A DNA stretch of 64,000 nucleotides from Asterias rubens (Eukaryota), in contig NC_047064.1 in the NCBI RefSeq assembly GCF_902459465.1, positions 2,418,001 through 2,482,000 on the forward strand. Direction: 5' to 3'. The notes under the pieces were generated by a model. That model worked only from the letters and a program-made list of their open reading frames with translations, ran no database searches and was not told the DNA's origin. Each line of letters begins with the position of its first letter. Position 1 is the first letter of the stretch. Shown in pieces: positions 1 through 12,000 of the stretch. The translations under genes were made by a program, and so were the position numbers.

Positions 1-1553
1 CCACAAGCAGGGCACTGAGGGCTGACCCAGGTGAACCCCGTCAAAGCTATTCGAACGTACAGGGGCAGACCGGGGTAGACCCAGGGAAGCTTAACGAACG
101 CACCCTATGTGTGTTGTGTCGTGTTGTGTTGTCATTCTTAGCATACAGCCTGATAGCTCTTATTCATATGGGTCGAAACGTCAGACCATAAACTATTTTG
201 TTGCACCTTTTAAAAACTTAATTATTTTAATAAACCTACATGATATCATTCAGCAGTGTAACTGCTAAAATAAAATACAAAACTGTTTTTTAAGATTAGA
301 TCAAACATCAGTTATGTCAGTGTTTATTTTTTTTCATGAACCATCACTGGCAGAGAAATTCCGACCAAGTGCAATCTTTTTTAGTAGGCCAATCAACGAA
401 AGTGGCCCAAAACTTCCATCAAAATGTCTCGTGCAAAACAGTGGGGAGATTTCGGGCACACCAAACGGAAAAAACAACTTGTGCAAAGAAAGCAATATAA
501 ATAGGTACTTGCTTGTTATAAATTGGTACCATATGAATTTATATGTGTAAAATTTCGAGGGAAATCAAGCCCCTCTTCCAAGTACTGCATCTGTCCCGCC
601 CCTCCACCATGCGCCCATGGTTTTTACGGTCAACAAACACACAGAAACATATATTATTGTTCACTTTCAGTAATTTTATTTTGTAAACATAGTAGGGATA
701 ATCAGATTTAAATTATTAAGTTTTAAATTACTGATGAATTCAGGAACAATCTTTTCACCACACTCTGAAAAAAAACGTCAGGATAGGAACTTTCACGGGA
801 ACTTAATCCTCAGCTAACTGACCCATTTTGAGTCAAACACCATCATCAGAGAGACGGCTCACCAATTGGTCCAAGACACTAATTGGTCAAAGACACCAAT
901 TGGTCAAAGAGTTCCAATCCCATTAGTCAGAGTGTTTTTTTATAGTATAAATTCCCAAACGTCGTCAACTCACATTTGTTGATGATGTACATTTGAATAC
1001 AATTTACATATATATTATATAATACATAATTTTACAATCCTATATACATAGAGTCGTAATCTGATCCCTCGGATTAGCTCTAATCCCTTGGATTAACGGC
1101 TGGTATACATATCCCCATAATAACATTATCAGATGAATACAACTGGTCATTTTGTTTTTGCAGACCTTAATTATTGAGCAAATTTACGAAGTAACAAAAG
1201 TATCAGTAATCCAAATAATTTTATACATAGTACGTTTTTGTATATAGACTGCATATTCATTAAGGGTTTAATATGTATTACCTTGGCCGTTCTATAATTA
1301 CAAATCAGGCGCAGGGTACACTACTTTGTATTTTGTTTTTAACCTATACTGGCAAGGCGACTGAAAAGAGTATTCTTGATTAATGCAGTTTCAATGATTA
1401 TGATTCAAAATGGGAAGTAAAAGGATTGTATTGAACATTTCTAAAGAAAGATGGTTTTTACAAATATTATTCACAAAAAACTTCGACCCCCCCTTGAAAC
1501 AGTACTTTGAATGCACCATTTATAGACATAATTTTTTCATTTTTACAGAGTGC

Positions 1554-1936
1554 TTGAAGACATTGGACACTATTGGTAATTGTTGAAGACCAGTGTTCTC
1601 ACTTGGTGCATCTCAACATAGGCATAAACAAAATAATGTGAAAATTTGAGCTCAATTGGTCGTCGAAGTTGCGAGATAATAATGAAAGAAAAACACCTTT
1701 GTCACACGAAGTTGTGTGCTTTCAGATGCTTGATTTCGAGACCTCAAAATCTAATTCTGGGGTCTCGAAATCAAATTCGTGGAAAACTACTTCTTTCTCG
1801 AAAACTACGTTATTTCAGAGGGAGCCGTTTCTCACAATTTGTTATACTACCAACAGCTCTCCATTACTCGTCGCCAAGTAAGGTTTTATGCTAAAAATTA
1901 TTTTGAGTAATTACCAATAGTGAACAGTGCCTTTAA
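1554..1936. mobile_element. MITE family A (about 380 bp, TIR about TTAAAGGCAGTGGACACTATTGGTAAT)
   Basis: Terminal inverted repeats. Other copies at about 4150-4535, 17565-17732, 21612-21978, 28765-29063, 38766-39269, 40227-40425, 43785-44287, 53547-53925, 56915-57240, 59905-60277 and 62440-62777. Confidence 0.85.
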
Positions 1937-2994
1937 CACCAAGCCATCCCAACCTCTGCTGAAAAAAATATATATATTAAAACAATTATCAAAAGTTCAT
2001 TCATAACGTTAAAAACGGAAAGAATCAAAAATTAATAAACAACTTCAATGAATCGGGGTGGTTCAACTCAAAATAAGAATAGAAGAAAATAAAAGTAAAT
2101 TTATTTTAAATAAGTAAAATTCTCAACTTTTCCAGAGAGAAACCGAAACTGTTCTTCTAAAAACTGATAGTGAGTTAGGAAAAGATTAAGCGACTGCATG
2201 TCAATATAAACGTTCTAAAAATAGACACCATTAAACAGTTAGTATTTGTCTAATTTTGCCATATGAGTTTTTAAAAGAACCAATTGGTGTCCATTAAAGA
2301 GCATGCACAACATTGGTAAGAGTGAACAAATAATGTGCACATATTTGCACAGGGGAAAGAATGTTCATGCAGGAAATCTTCTCTTGAAATGTGTTTTTCT
2401 GAAATGATATAATTTTTGAGAAATGAAGAAAACAGTGAAGTCCAACACCAAATGTCTGAAATAAATGTTTTTCCCCACTTTTTGTTCATGACTACGATGA
2501 CCGAATGGTTTTAAACTGCATAATGTTTGTTATTTCATGCATGGTTCACATAACGTGTGGGTACTTGCTCTTTTAAAATCCAATGTTGTCCTCTTTCATT
2601 TTTAACAGAAGTTTTGCAAACTGTCCTGTGAAAGAAAATGACTCTGACAACAGGTGATGACAAATTGCTTCTTGTTTAAACAATGTCCGTTTTTTTGTCT
2701 GGTACATTTTGGCTGGTTACCTATTTCTAATGAGTAACAAAAACTATGCTTACCGAACCTGTGAAATTGGACCCTATTCATCAATATAGAGTACTGACAA
2801 ATCTGCAGTCATCTGAGACTTGGCAGATTTAAAAACTTGTGAGTTTTTAAACACTTTAAAGTTTGTTCACGATCATAAAATTATCTGTCATTTTCACAAG
2901 ACAAAGGGCCACAATTTGTCATGATTTCCAACTGAAATAATGTTATGATTAGTATGACTGAGAAATTAATTAGCACCACCAATAAAAACCCTAT

Positions 2995-3362
2995 TTAAAG
3001 CCATTGGACCCTTTCGGTAAACACTATTGTCCAAGGCCCACACTTCGTGTATCACAACTTCTATATCAAATAACAAACCTGTGAAAATTTAGGCTCAATC
3101 GGTCATCGGAGTCGGGAGAAAATAACGGGAAAACCCACCCGTGTATTCGCGCGTTTCGCCGTGTCATGACATGTGTTTAAAATAAATCCGTAATTCTCGC
3201 TATCGAGAATTTATATTGTTTTACTGTTTTCTCAAAAAGTAAAGCATTTCATGGAGTAATATTTCAAGGGAAGTCTTTCACCACTACCTTCTGTAAACCC
3301 TGTAAGTTTTTTGTAAATCTGTGAACTTTTTTTTCTGTACCGAAAGGGTCCAATGGCTTTAA
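2995..3362. mobile_element. MITE family B (TIR TTAAAGCCATTGGACCCTTTCGG)
   Basis: ttaaagccattggaccctttcggt..accgaaagggtccaatggctttaa; second copy at 60866-61238. Confidence 0.85.
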
Positions 3363-3789
3363 AGACTACATTATGTCATAATTTATTGAAATGGCACTAT
3401 TATTGATCTATAATATCAGAACCAAAGTTAAGACAGTAGTGAACCAGAATTCATAAACTGCCTGATAATTCTGTAAAACTTGATCAATTTATAAACAAAA
3501 TGGTTAAAGTTTTACTGGTTCATATTTGCAGCTTAAGAACTCCTGAAATAGCACTGATAAACATGTATAACATAAATGTATATGGCACTGTGGAGGCTAT
3601 AAAAAAATCAATAGTCACTTTGATTATGTGATGATGGAAAAAAAAATGTAGTTCATCTCGATATGTCAGTTCATGTCCCTTATGCACAAAAAGGGGCAAG
3701 CACTACAAAGTTGACCTCACTGTAATAAGGTTAGCAGCTAAAACACAATTCTACTTTTACCATGTGTGGCTGGTATCCTGCTCATTTTT

Positions 3790-4075
3790 TTGCTTATCAA
3801 AAACTATCTAAGCAGTACTTACAAGTCTGTGAAATTGGGCACAGGGCTCAAGTTCATCAAATTGATTAGGCAGAAAATATTGCTTAACAAATTTCTGCTA
3901 AGCATAATTTATTGGGATACAAATCACAGATCCTTAGCACAAACTATCTAAGCAGTACTTACAAGTCTTTGAAATTGGGCACAAGGCTCAAGCTCATAAA
4001 GTTGCTTAGGCAGCAAATATTGCTTAACAAATTTCTGCTAAGCATAAATTATTGGGATACAAATCACAGATCCTA
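3790..4075. repeat. About 145-bp direct duplication
   Basis: aactatctaagcagtacttacaagtc..gggatacaaatcacagatcc occurs twice. Confidence 0.8.
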
Positions 4076-4149
4076 CATGTGGAATAGTATTTCGGTTGGT
4101 AATTTATTAAGGTAAGCATAATTTTGTTGAGCTAAACAAATTGCTGTGC

Positions 4150-4535
4150 TTAAAGACCCTGGACACTATTGGTAATTGTCAAAGACTAGCCTTCACAGTT
4201 GGTGTTCCTCAACATATGCATAAAATGACAAACCTGTGAAAATTTTAGCTCAATCGGTCATCGAACTTGCGAGATAAGAATGAAAGAAAAAAACACCATT
4301 GTCACACGAAGTTGTGTGCCTTTAGATGGTTGATTTCGAGACATCAAGTTCTAAACTTGAGGTCTCGAAATCAAAATTGTGAAAAAATACTTCTTTCTCG
4401 AAAACTATGGCACTTCAGAGGGAGCCTTTTCTCACAATGTTTTATACCATCAACCTCTCCCCATTACTGTCACCAAGAAAGGTTTTATGCTAATAATTAT
4501 TTTGAGTAATTACCAATAGTGTCCACTGCCTTTAA
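4150..4535. mobile_element. MITE family A copy
   Basis: ttaaagaccctggacactattggtaat..attaccaatagtgtccactgcctttaa. Confidence 0.85.
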
Positions 4536-5956
4536 GGGAGTCAATAAAATTGGATGACTGGAGGGGAGGATCTGGGCATACTTGATGACAGTTTCAATGT
4601 TTTTATCACTGATTATTGTTGGAATATAATTTTTATATAAAAGAAATCCAAAATAATGTTAGTTTTGTAAGGAAAAACAAATCATATTATTTGCATCAAT
4701 GGCTTGTTTCTACCCGGTGACAAGGGCAAAGTGAAAGTTCAAAAATCTTTGATTGTTTTGGACTTTTCACTTCAAATGGTTTAAATAATAAACTGTTATT
4801 GCACAGGGGAGCATAAAGAAGTAAAGTGCTTTCAACTAAAAATAAAAAATAAAGCAAAACCAATTCTACAGGCTTTTTGAAATAAAAAAATGCTTGGTGT
4901 GAATTCATGTCTTCTGAAGGAAATGACAAAAGGTAACTGAAAACATAAACTTAAAAAGTATTTACAGATAAATTATAAAGTAATGAATTTCTTTGTACAA
5001 CAGTAACGAAAACCAAAATAATAAAACGGTAAGAACACAAGTCCAGATGAGCTAAAATAAAATATCAAGACATAAACCACAAGGGAACCTTGCTGGGTAA
5101 ATTTTAAAATATGTCGGGTTGGAACAAAGAAAAATTGACTTGAGCAGGACTTGAACTTGGTTGCCGCTTCCCAGGTTGCATCGTAAGCTTGGGTGTGATC
5201 CCTGGCTTCTTGACAGTCAACAATAAATTTGGCTTCTGACTGGCACCCCGAACAAAGATGGAGATTGCCAACATAGTGCTGGATAGCTCAGTTGGCAGAC
5301 TGATGATACAGTAATCCAGAGGTTGTTGGTTCATGTCCGGCTCCAGTCATTGTTTTTCTTTGTTCAAAGCAAAATATTATTCAAAAAATAATCTTGAGAA
5401 ATAGACAATACTACTCAGGTAGAGAAATCATTTAGGATATAGAGTAAAAGTACCTTCCTGAAGGTTAATTTGGCAATATTAATAAAGTCGTAATCTGACT
5501 AATAACAATGATGACAATATCAAATTGCAGTTTTTTTTATAGAAGGTTTAGTAAAAAGTCCTAAATCTGGCTTCACTTAATCTGCATAAATATGCGTATT
5601 ATTCCTGAAACAAACTTCACCATAAAAAAAACATAAGTCAGTTGGTTGCCTATGGCTAGGGTAACTTTCAATTTAAATTTTAAACTTTATTATCATTTTT
5701 CAATTTGATATAAAAGTTAGCATAAGTGAAAGTCAATGGTTAAATTTTCAAAGACATCTTCAGAATGATTTGTTCAACTCGTAACAAAATGTTTCGTTTG
5801 AGAGTGACTCTGCGTGCACAGTGGCCTTTTTTTAAAAAGGTAAATAACACAGTATTATTATTGTCATACAAATCATATTTTTGTGTCAACTTTTTCATTT
5901 CATAAAGATTCAAGAGTTTATTTGACAAATTTATGTACAGAATAATTTACACTTTA

Positions 5957-6028
5957 TCACCTTAGTCTTTTGCATCTTGTTTTCTGTTTCGATGATTTAG
6001 GCACTGGCTTCATTTTGCTTTCTTTGGC
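5957..6028 (-). CDS. MBD5: MBD5-like last coding exon (basic tail)
   Basis: ttgcag|AKESKMKPVPKSSKQKTRCKRLR-TGA, phase 0 as required. Confidence 0.7.
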   Translation of the reverse strand, partial: AKESKMKPVPKSSKQKTRCKRLR

Positions 6029-9000
6029 CTGCAAGGATTGGAGAAAATTGGAAGGAAAATAATCAAGAGGTTGGCAACAATGATCAAGTTACAGAAATAT
6101 AAAAGAGTTGCTTGGACCTAAAGGAAAGTTATACATTTAGTAAAGTAAAGTAATACATTGTTTGCAAACAAGGCTAAAAGCCACTCTTGGTGAAGGGCTA
6201 CAGGAAGAAAAATATTCAAGGGGAAAATAACTTAAGGGAGCTGAAGGTAGGAATTGACATTCCTTTTAAAACAGTCAAGATGTAGGATGGATGGAAACAT
6301 GCACCAGGCATTGAGTTACAAAGAGACGCAGTACGTGGAATAAAGCTGTTGGAATAGCTCTTTCTTCTGCATCTCACCAAAGCAAGAGTGTACGGATGAG
6401 AAGAAGCAGAAAGTCTGGTTACACGCTCAAACATTCTTTGGCACACTGACTGATGGCACATTTACCATTAAAATATCTGTAGAAGAGACAGAGGCTGGAT
6501 ACAGACCTACCTAGGGAAAGAGGATCCCAACCCTCCACCACCAAAAATACACTCCAGCACTCGCGATCATAATAATACCCATCAGGCAGAGCTAGAGTTA
6601 ACTTTGAATACTTTGGAATGTCTAACCCTTAAAATAACTTAAAATCATAGACTACTTTTTGAAATAGTGAAGAAACAAATCTAAAAACAGTATTGCCATT
6701 ATAACTTGGGAGTCTAATCATCCTTACTCGCAACTGAGAAGCTGAATTGTGAAGGACGCAGCTACGACGTTGTTGAGTCGCATGAATATAAAGGCAGCTG
6801 CATGTTTTGATTTTGTTTACAGAAGGCTGCACTCGTAAACCGGGCCCAATTCCATGGCTCTGCTTACAACCAAACTTTGCGCCTACGATGACTATTCTTC
6901 GCTTACTGTGCAAGCGCTAGCTGTGCAAGTGAAAAAGGACTAGTAATGTTGAGTTTGCACGCGCACAAGCAAAAACTCCCTGCTAACGAGTGTGAAATAC
7001 ACTTGACGTAAGTGCGGAATTCCATGCTTCCACACGCGCTAATAGACCTTATGCACATGACGTCATTTCAGTAGTGCGCCCTCACTTCGAGGTCAAAAGG
7101 AGGTTGTTCATTGGCCAATACTGTACGCCGCACGTACAAATCTGTGCGTCTCGATTGTTTCGTCACCGTTTTACCTCTAAGATGGTGGCCGGACGGCTTC
7201 AATGCATAAGGTCTATTCTTTGCTAACAGTAAGCAAAACTGTGAAGGTGGTCCTGATCTTTGCATAGATTCAGGCATACCACCATTCAACAGTTTGGGTG
7301 TTGATTTACCATGATCCTAGTAAACCCCTCAAGAGTTTAATGTAAGATCATGCTCTGAAGGGATGGAGGAGAAGGGATTACACTTACTTGTTCCATCTTC
7401 TTGTCTAATTCATTCATGGCTTCTTGGATGGCGGCTTCTAGTGTACTATTCAACCTACGACCCCTGCTGAAAAACCCAATCAGATGGACAAACATTAACA
7501 TTACAAATACAAACCAGTTAAATTACAATGGTAGTAATCTACATATGTCTGTGACCTGTAAAATATTGTACGAATAATGAATCTTTATGAGTACAATGGA
7601 GAGAATATTTTTATCAGTTAAAAGATGAAACGTCCCATTTAACACAGCTTCGCCATCTTTCAACTTGAGAAAAATATTCTCTCAATCGCAAGAATACAAA
7701 ACATTAATTATTTGCTTTGTCAACAAATTGTATAAGATTCAATAAATACTAACATTTATATATGAACCATATTCCTACAGTCATTGCACATGGCACCATA
7801 CGGTAAGCTCTGTAAACAGGTGAGATTTTAGTGAATTTTGAAAGACTGTATTGTATGTGATTGTCTGACATTGTAAGGAAGACTGTTCCAGATCCTGGGG
7901 CCACGACAGGAAAGGCCCTGCCATGCACAAGATTGTGTTCTTGCATCGGCTATGAGGATTATGTAATGGTTTTAATTATGAATGATGCGTGACCAACAAT
8001 CCTCAAACCAAATGAAAAGGCATTATTTAAAATGAGATGTCTATCGTCAGCATAGGATTGTGGTACCTTCTATTGCTCTGTCGGGCACTATGATGAGCTT
8101 CAAGCCCCTCAGATAACGTCTTTAATTTCTCTGGCTCCACCTGGGTGCAGCTGTGATCTCCAAACCATCTCACCCACATCTGGAAAATGAAAAAGGGCAA
8201 AAACCATACAAGTATATTTTAAATGCATTACTTTTAAATGAATATCCCATATTTGAGGTTGAGGTTTCAATGTATATTGGTTTATGATAACACTATGTGT
8301 TTATCTACTTGCCAGGTAGATTATGCTCTTTTGAGAACTTGCCTTGCTGTATATTCTACTGCCATGGAGTAGATTTTTCAGAATTCGAAAGACTTCTCAG
8401 TTCTCAAAAAAACCATGTCTAGCTTATTAACTACTAAGTGGGCAGAAGGTGGGAAATCGACCAGATATACTACTTTCGCTTGGTGGATCTAGGGGACTTC
8501 TCATTATTATCTTCACTGACAGCAGCTTAACTTGGAACTTCGTTATCAACCTACCTTTCCTTCTTCTCTCCTTGAACGACCTCTGACCTCAGCCTCACTG
8601 ACGAGCTTTCCTGGCCAAGATGGGTAGCCACGAATGGGTCCCCACACAAGGTCACCGATCTCCAAGTGACGAGGGAACATTGATGAGGAAAACTCTGAGG
8701 AAGGATCTGAAACACACAATTGTAAAATAACAAAACAATGTAAATAAACAATATCTCCTAATGAGTTACTTTAAAACTTATTTTGAAGTCAAAATATCTC
8801 TAATATAAAGTTGTCTATTATTTCTTTAGCCAATAAATGAGGGCGCTGCTCTGTGGCAACCACCCTGTGTAAAAATTATCCTTTTACACAGGGAAGACAA
8901 ATTTCATGTTTTTTATCATGACAATAAATATTTTAATCTAATCTTAAATTAATCTTAATTGTGCTGCAAATAATGTTTAAATAGTAAGTTGAATGACACA

Positions 9001-12000
9001 GTCTTTGAAATAACCGTATGCACCCACAGCAATTGCTGGTGCCCTGTGCTTTTGCTGTGGTGCCCTCTGCTTGCAAAGTTCCAACAAAAACTTGCATTTT
9101 CCCCATAGAAGTGCCCCTTATCAGAGGAAAATTGCTGTGCCCCTTCACGAGGGAAGTTCAAGGCCTGATGACCAACATGCAAAGATTTGAGAATCTTTTG
9201 TCTGCGGCGCTGTTTCAATTCATGCACCAATCCTGTTTTTAGAAAAATGTTGTGTCATACCTTTTTCACTTTGACATCCAAAACACTTTTAATAGCCAAC
9301 AATAAGCCATTTTTAGATATGATGAACACAATACTATGACACTATTTGGTTTAGTTAAATTTGTCTGTAGACACCCAAACCACACAGTGCAAACCTAAAA
9401 TGTCCACCATTTCTCAAAAAGGCTAATGTGCTTACCTGTTCGAACATTGCCACGTAGTACTCTTGTAGGTGCCTCCGTGGTCAGGCGTTCCTTCTTGAAC
9501 CCCGCCTCCTTGGCAGACATCATGCTCTTTGGTGTTTCCCCAATAGTCCTCTTTAAGATTGGCTCTCTCCTGACTGTACAGATCTCCTGCACTGATGGCT
9601 CCTCCACCAGAGGCGTGTTCTCTCTATTCTCCTGTTCGTCATCCAACCCCGACTGTCTACCTACACCAGCAACGTCGTCTTGGTTCAAGTGATCTGATGT
9701 CTGCCCTGCTAGAGAACCCACAGGAATATCATCCAAGCGCTGCGGTTCGACCAGCCCATTTGGTAAGCCGCTTTCTTTGTTTGAAGCTGGCTCAAATGGA
9801 CTGGATCTGTCTTTGAAAGGCTCAAGGGAGTTTTCGATAAGAGAATCAGATGCTTCGGCCATTTCACAGTGATTGAAGACTTCAGATGAAGAATCTCTTT
9901 CAATAGTGTCGAGACTTGATGGTCCGTTCGATGCACTTGGAGTTATTAAATCATCAAAAGACAACAGTTCTGATGTTGACTGGGTCGATATATCATCAGT
10001 CCCAAGTTCTTGGCTAGAATGAGTTGTTGGAGACAGTGGGCAGTCATCGCCAACTGCAGGCGATGGGCTACTTCTGTGAGCACCAGAATCACTCTCAGTG
10101 CTCGATAAATCAACTTGAATAGTTTCAAGAGGTTCGACCTCAGGTTTATCAATAGACTCCAATTTAGACTCCAATTCGACGTCAACTTCCTCGATGGATT
10201 TTTCTGGAGCCATTTCAGAATCTTCCTGCAAATCCGAGAGTAAAACATCAGCTGCTGTGTTTGACAAAGCTGGCGTACTTTTACTTTGAAATTCTGAATC
10301 AGCAGACGACATCCCACTCTCAAAATTACCCATGTCTTCATATGGCAAGCTCTCAGTGGATCTGTTGTTGTTTACATTATCCTCTCTTATGTTGTGATTT
10401 GTACGGAACACATTTTCGGAAACAGCTTCATCGACTTTCAACAACTCATTTTGATCCATCGCTTGAACATAAACCATACTGACTTGAACTGGTTCTTGTT
10501 CCTTTTCCAGCGGTTCATCTATTTTCTCTGCTTGAGGGCTCAGAGTAGATTGTCCACCCGTGTCAAAAACTTTTCTCTCTGGTTCCGTGTTGTCTAATTC
10601 TGAGAAACTCTGCTCCACAGATTCACAGCAACCCAAGCTATCTTGTATGTTAGGTTCATCATGCCCTGATGAGCTGTCTCGTTCAGTTTCCTCCAAGTGA
10701 TCTTGAGCAACCGTCTCGGTATTTTCTGCAGACTCTTCTACAGCTGCATCATGTAGCACCACGTGACTTTGCTGATCTTGTCCTAACCCAGATGTGTCCT
10801 CATCATTTTGTGACTCAATATCTACAGATGTGTCTTCCCCCTTTACTTCATGGTTCTCAACAAGGTGCGACTCTAACACAGTTGCTTCATCCAGATCGTT
10901 ACCTTTAACGGTTTCAAGCAAAGGGACTTGATCTAAATGTGTACTATCAGCTGGTTCAACTTCATCACCTTGTTCGCTCTGTTCACCTTCTTGACCAACT
11001 GGATTACTTTCATCGTTTTCCAGGAATGGATTTGTGTCATCTTCCACTGGTGCATTGCTCTCAGTTTCCTCTGGTTGATCATCAGTAACAAGATTTTGTT
11101 TGCCAAGTTCACTTACTGTTAAATGATCTCGAGTTACTGGTCCACTGTCTTGTTTCATAGAGTTACTGATTGTAGATTCGCTGTCCAACCGGACTGGCTG
11201 ATCCGCATGTAATGATTCACCTTCGTCCATTGGTTCAATGTTGTAGTCTTCTGGACACTGATGGCTGTCATCTCTCAAGTTCTCGCTCACAGCCTGTTCT
11301 CTATCCATTGGTTGCACTGAGGTTTTCACTTCTCCGCTTTGTTCAAGGTTCTGGGTGAGATTTGATTGTTCACGACTCGTTATGCAATCGTGGGTCATAT
11401 GTTCAGAGTCTACAGGTTGATCAGTCTCCAATGAATCATGGTCCATGAACTCATCTTCTGACTTTGAATTACCCTCTAACACTTGATCTACTGTCAATAC
11501 TTTATCGTTACTTGTAGATGGATCATAGCCTTCATCTTGCGTCATTGGTTCACTTTTTGATGCCTGGTCTTGTAGAAAAGGTTCACATTCCATCGTTGGA
11601 GCCGACATCACTGCTTCAGATTCAAATGAATGATCCTTTTCCAAAGGTTCACTTTCCGTTGCTCGATCTTGATGAAATGGTTCACAATCCATTACTAGAT
11701 CCTGCTTCACTGGTTCACACTCCATCGCTTGATCAAGCTTCACTGGTTCACACCTCGATGACTCATCGGGATTCACTGGTTCACACTCCGGAACTTGATC
11801 CTGCTTCACTGGTAAACAGTCTGATGATTGATCCGGATTCCCCGAGTCACAGTGTAATGATTCGTCCTGCTTCACTGGTTCACATTCTGGTAATTGATCC
11901 AGCTTTACTGGTGCACACTCCACTGATTGATCCTGCTTCACTGGTTCACACTTCAAAGGGTTGTCCTGCTTCACTTGTTCACAGTCTGATGATTGATCCT

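Noticed and set aside
1646-1894. Recurrent short ORFs (..KTPLSHEVVCFQMLDFET.., ..RSRNQIRGKLLLSRKL..) at many sites
   Set aside because: They are translations of MITE family A copies with variable stops and frameshifts, and show no transposase similarity.
9395-9435. C-terminus KHISLFEKWWTF* of the 2460-aa ORF as the true gene end
   Set aside because: A consensus donor at 9435 splices in phase to the PWWP exons; retained only as a possible alternative isoform.
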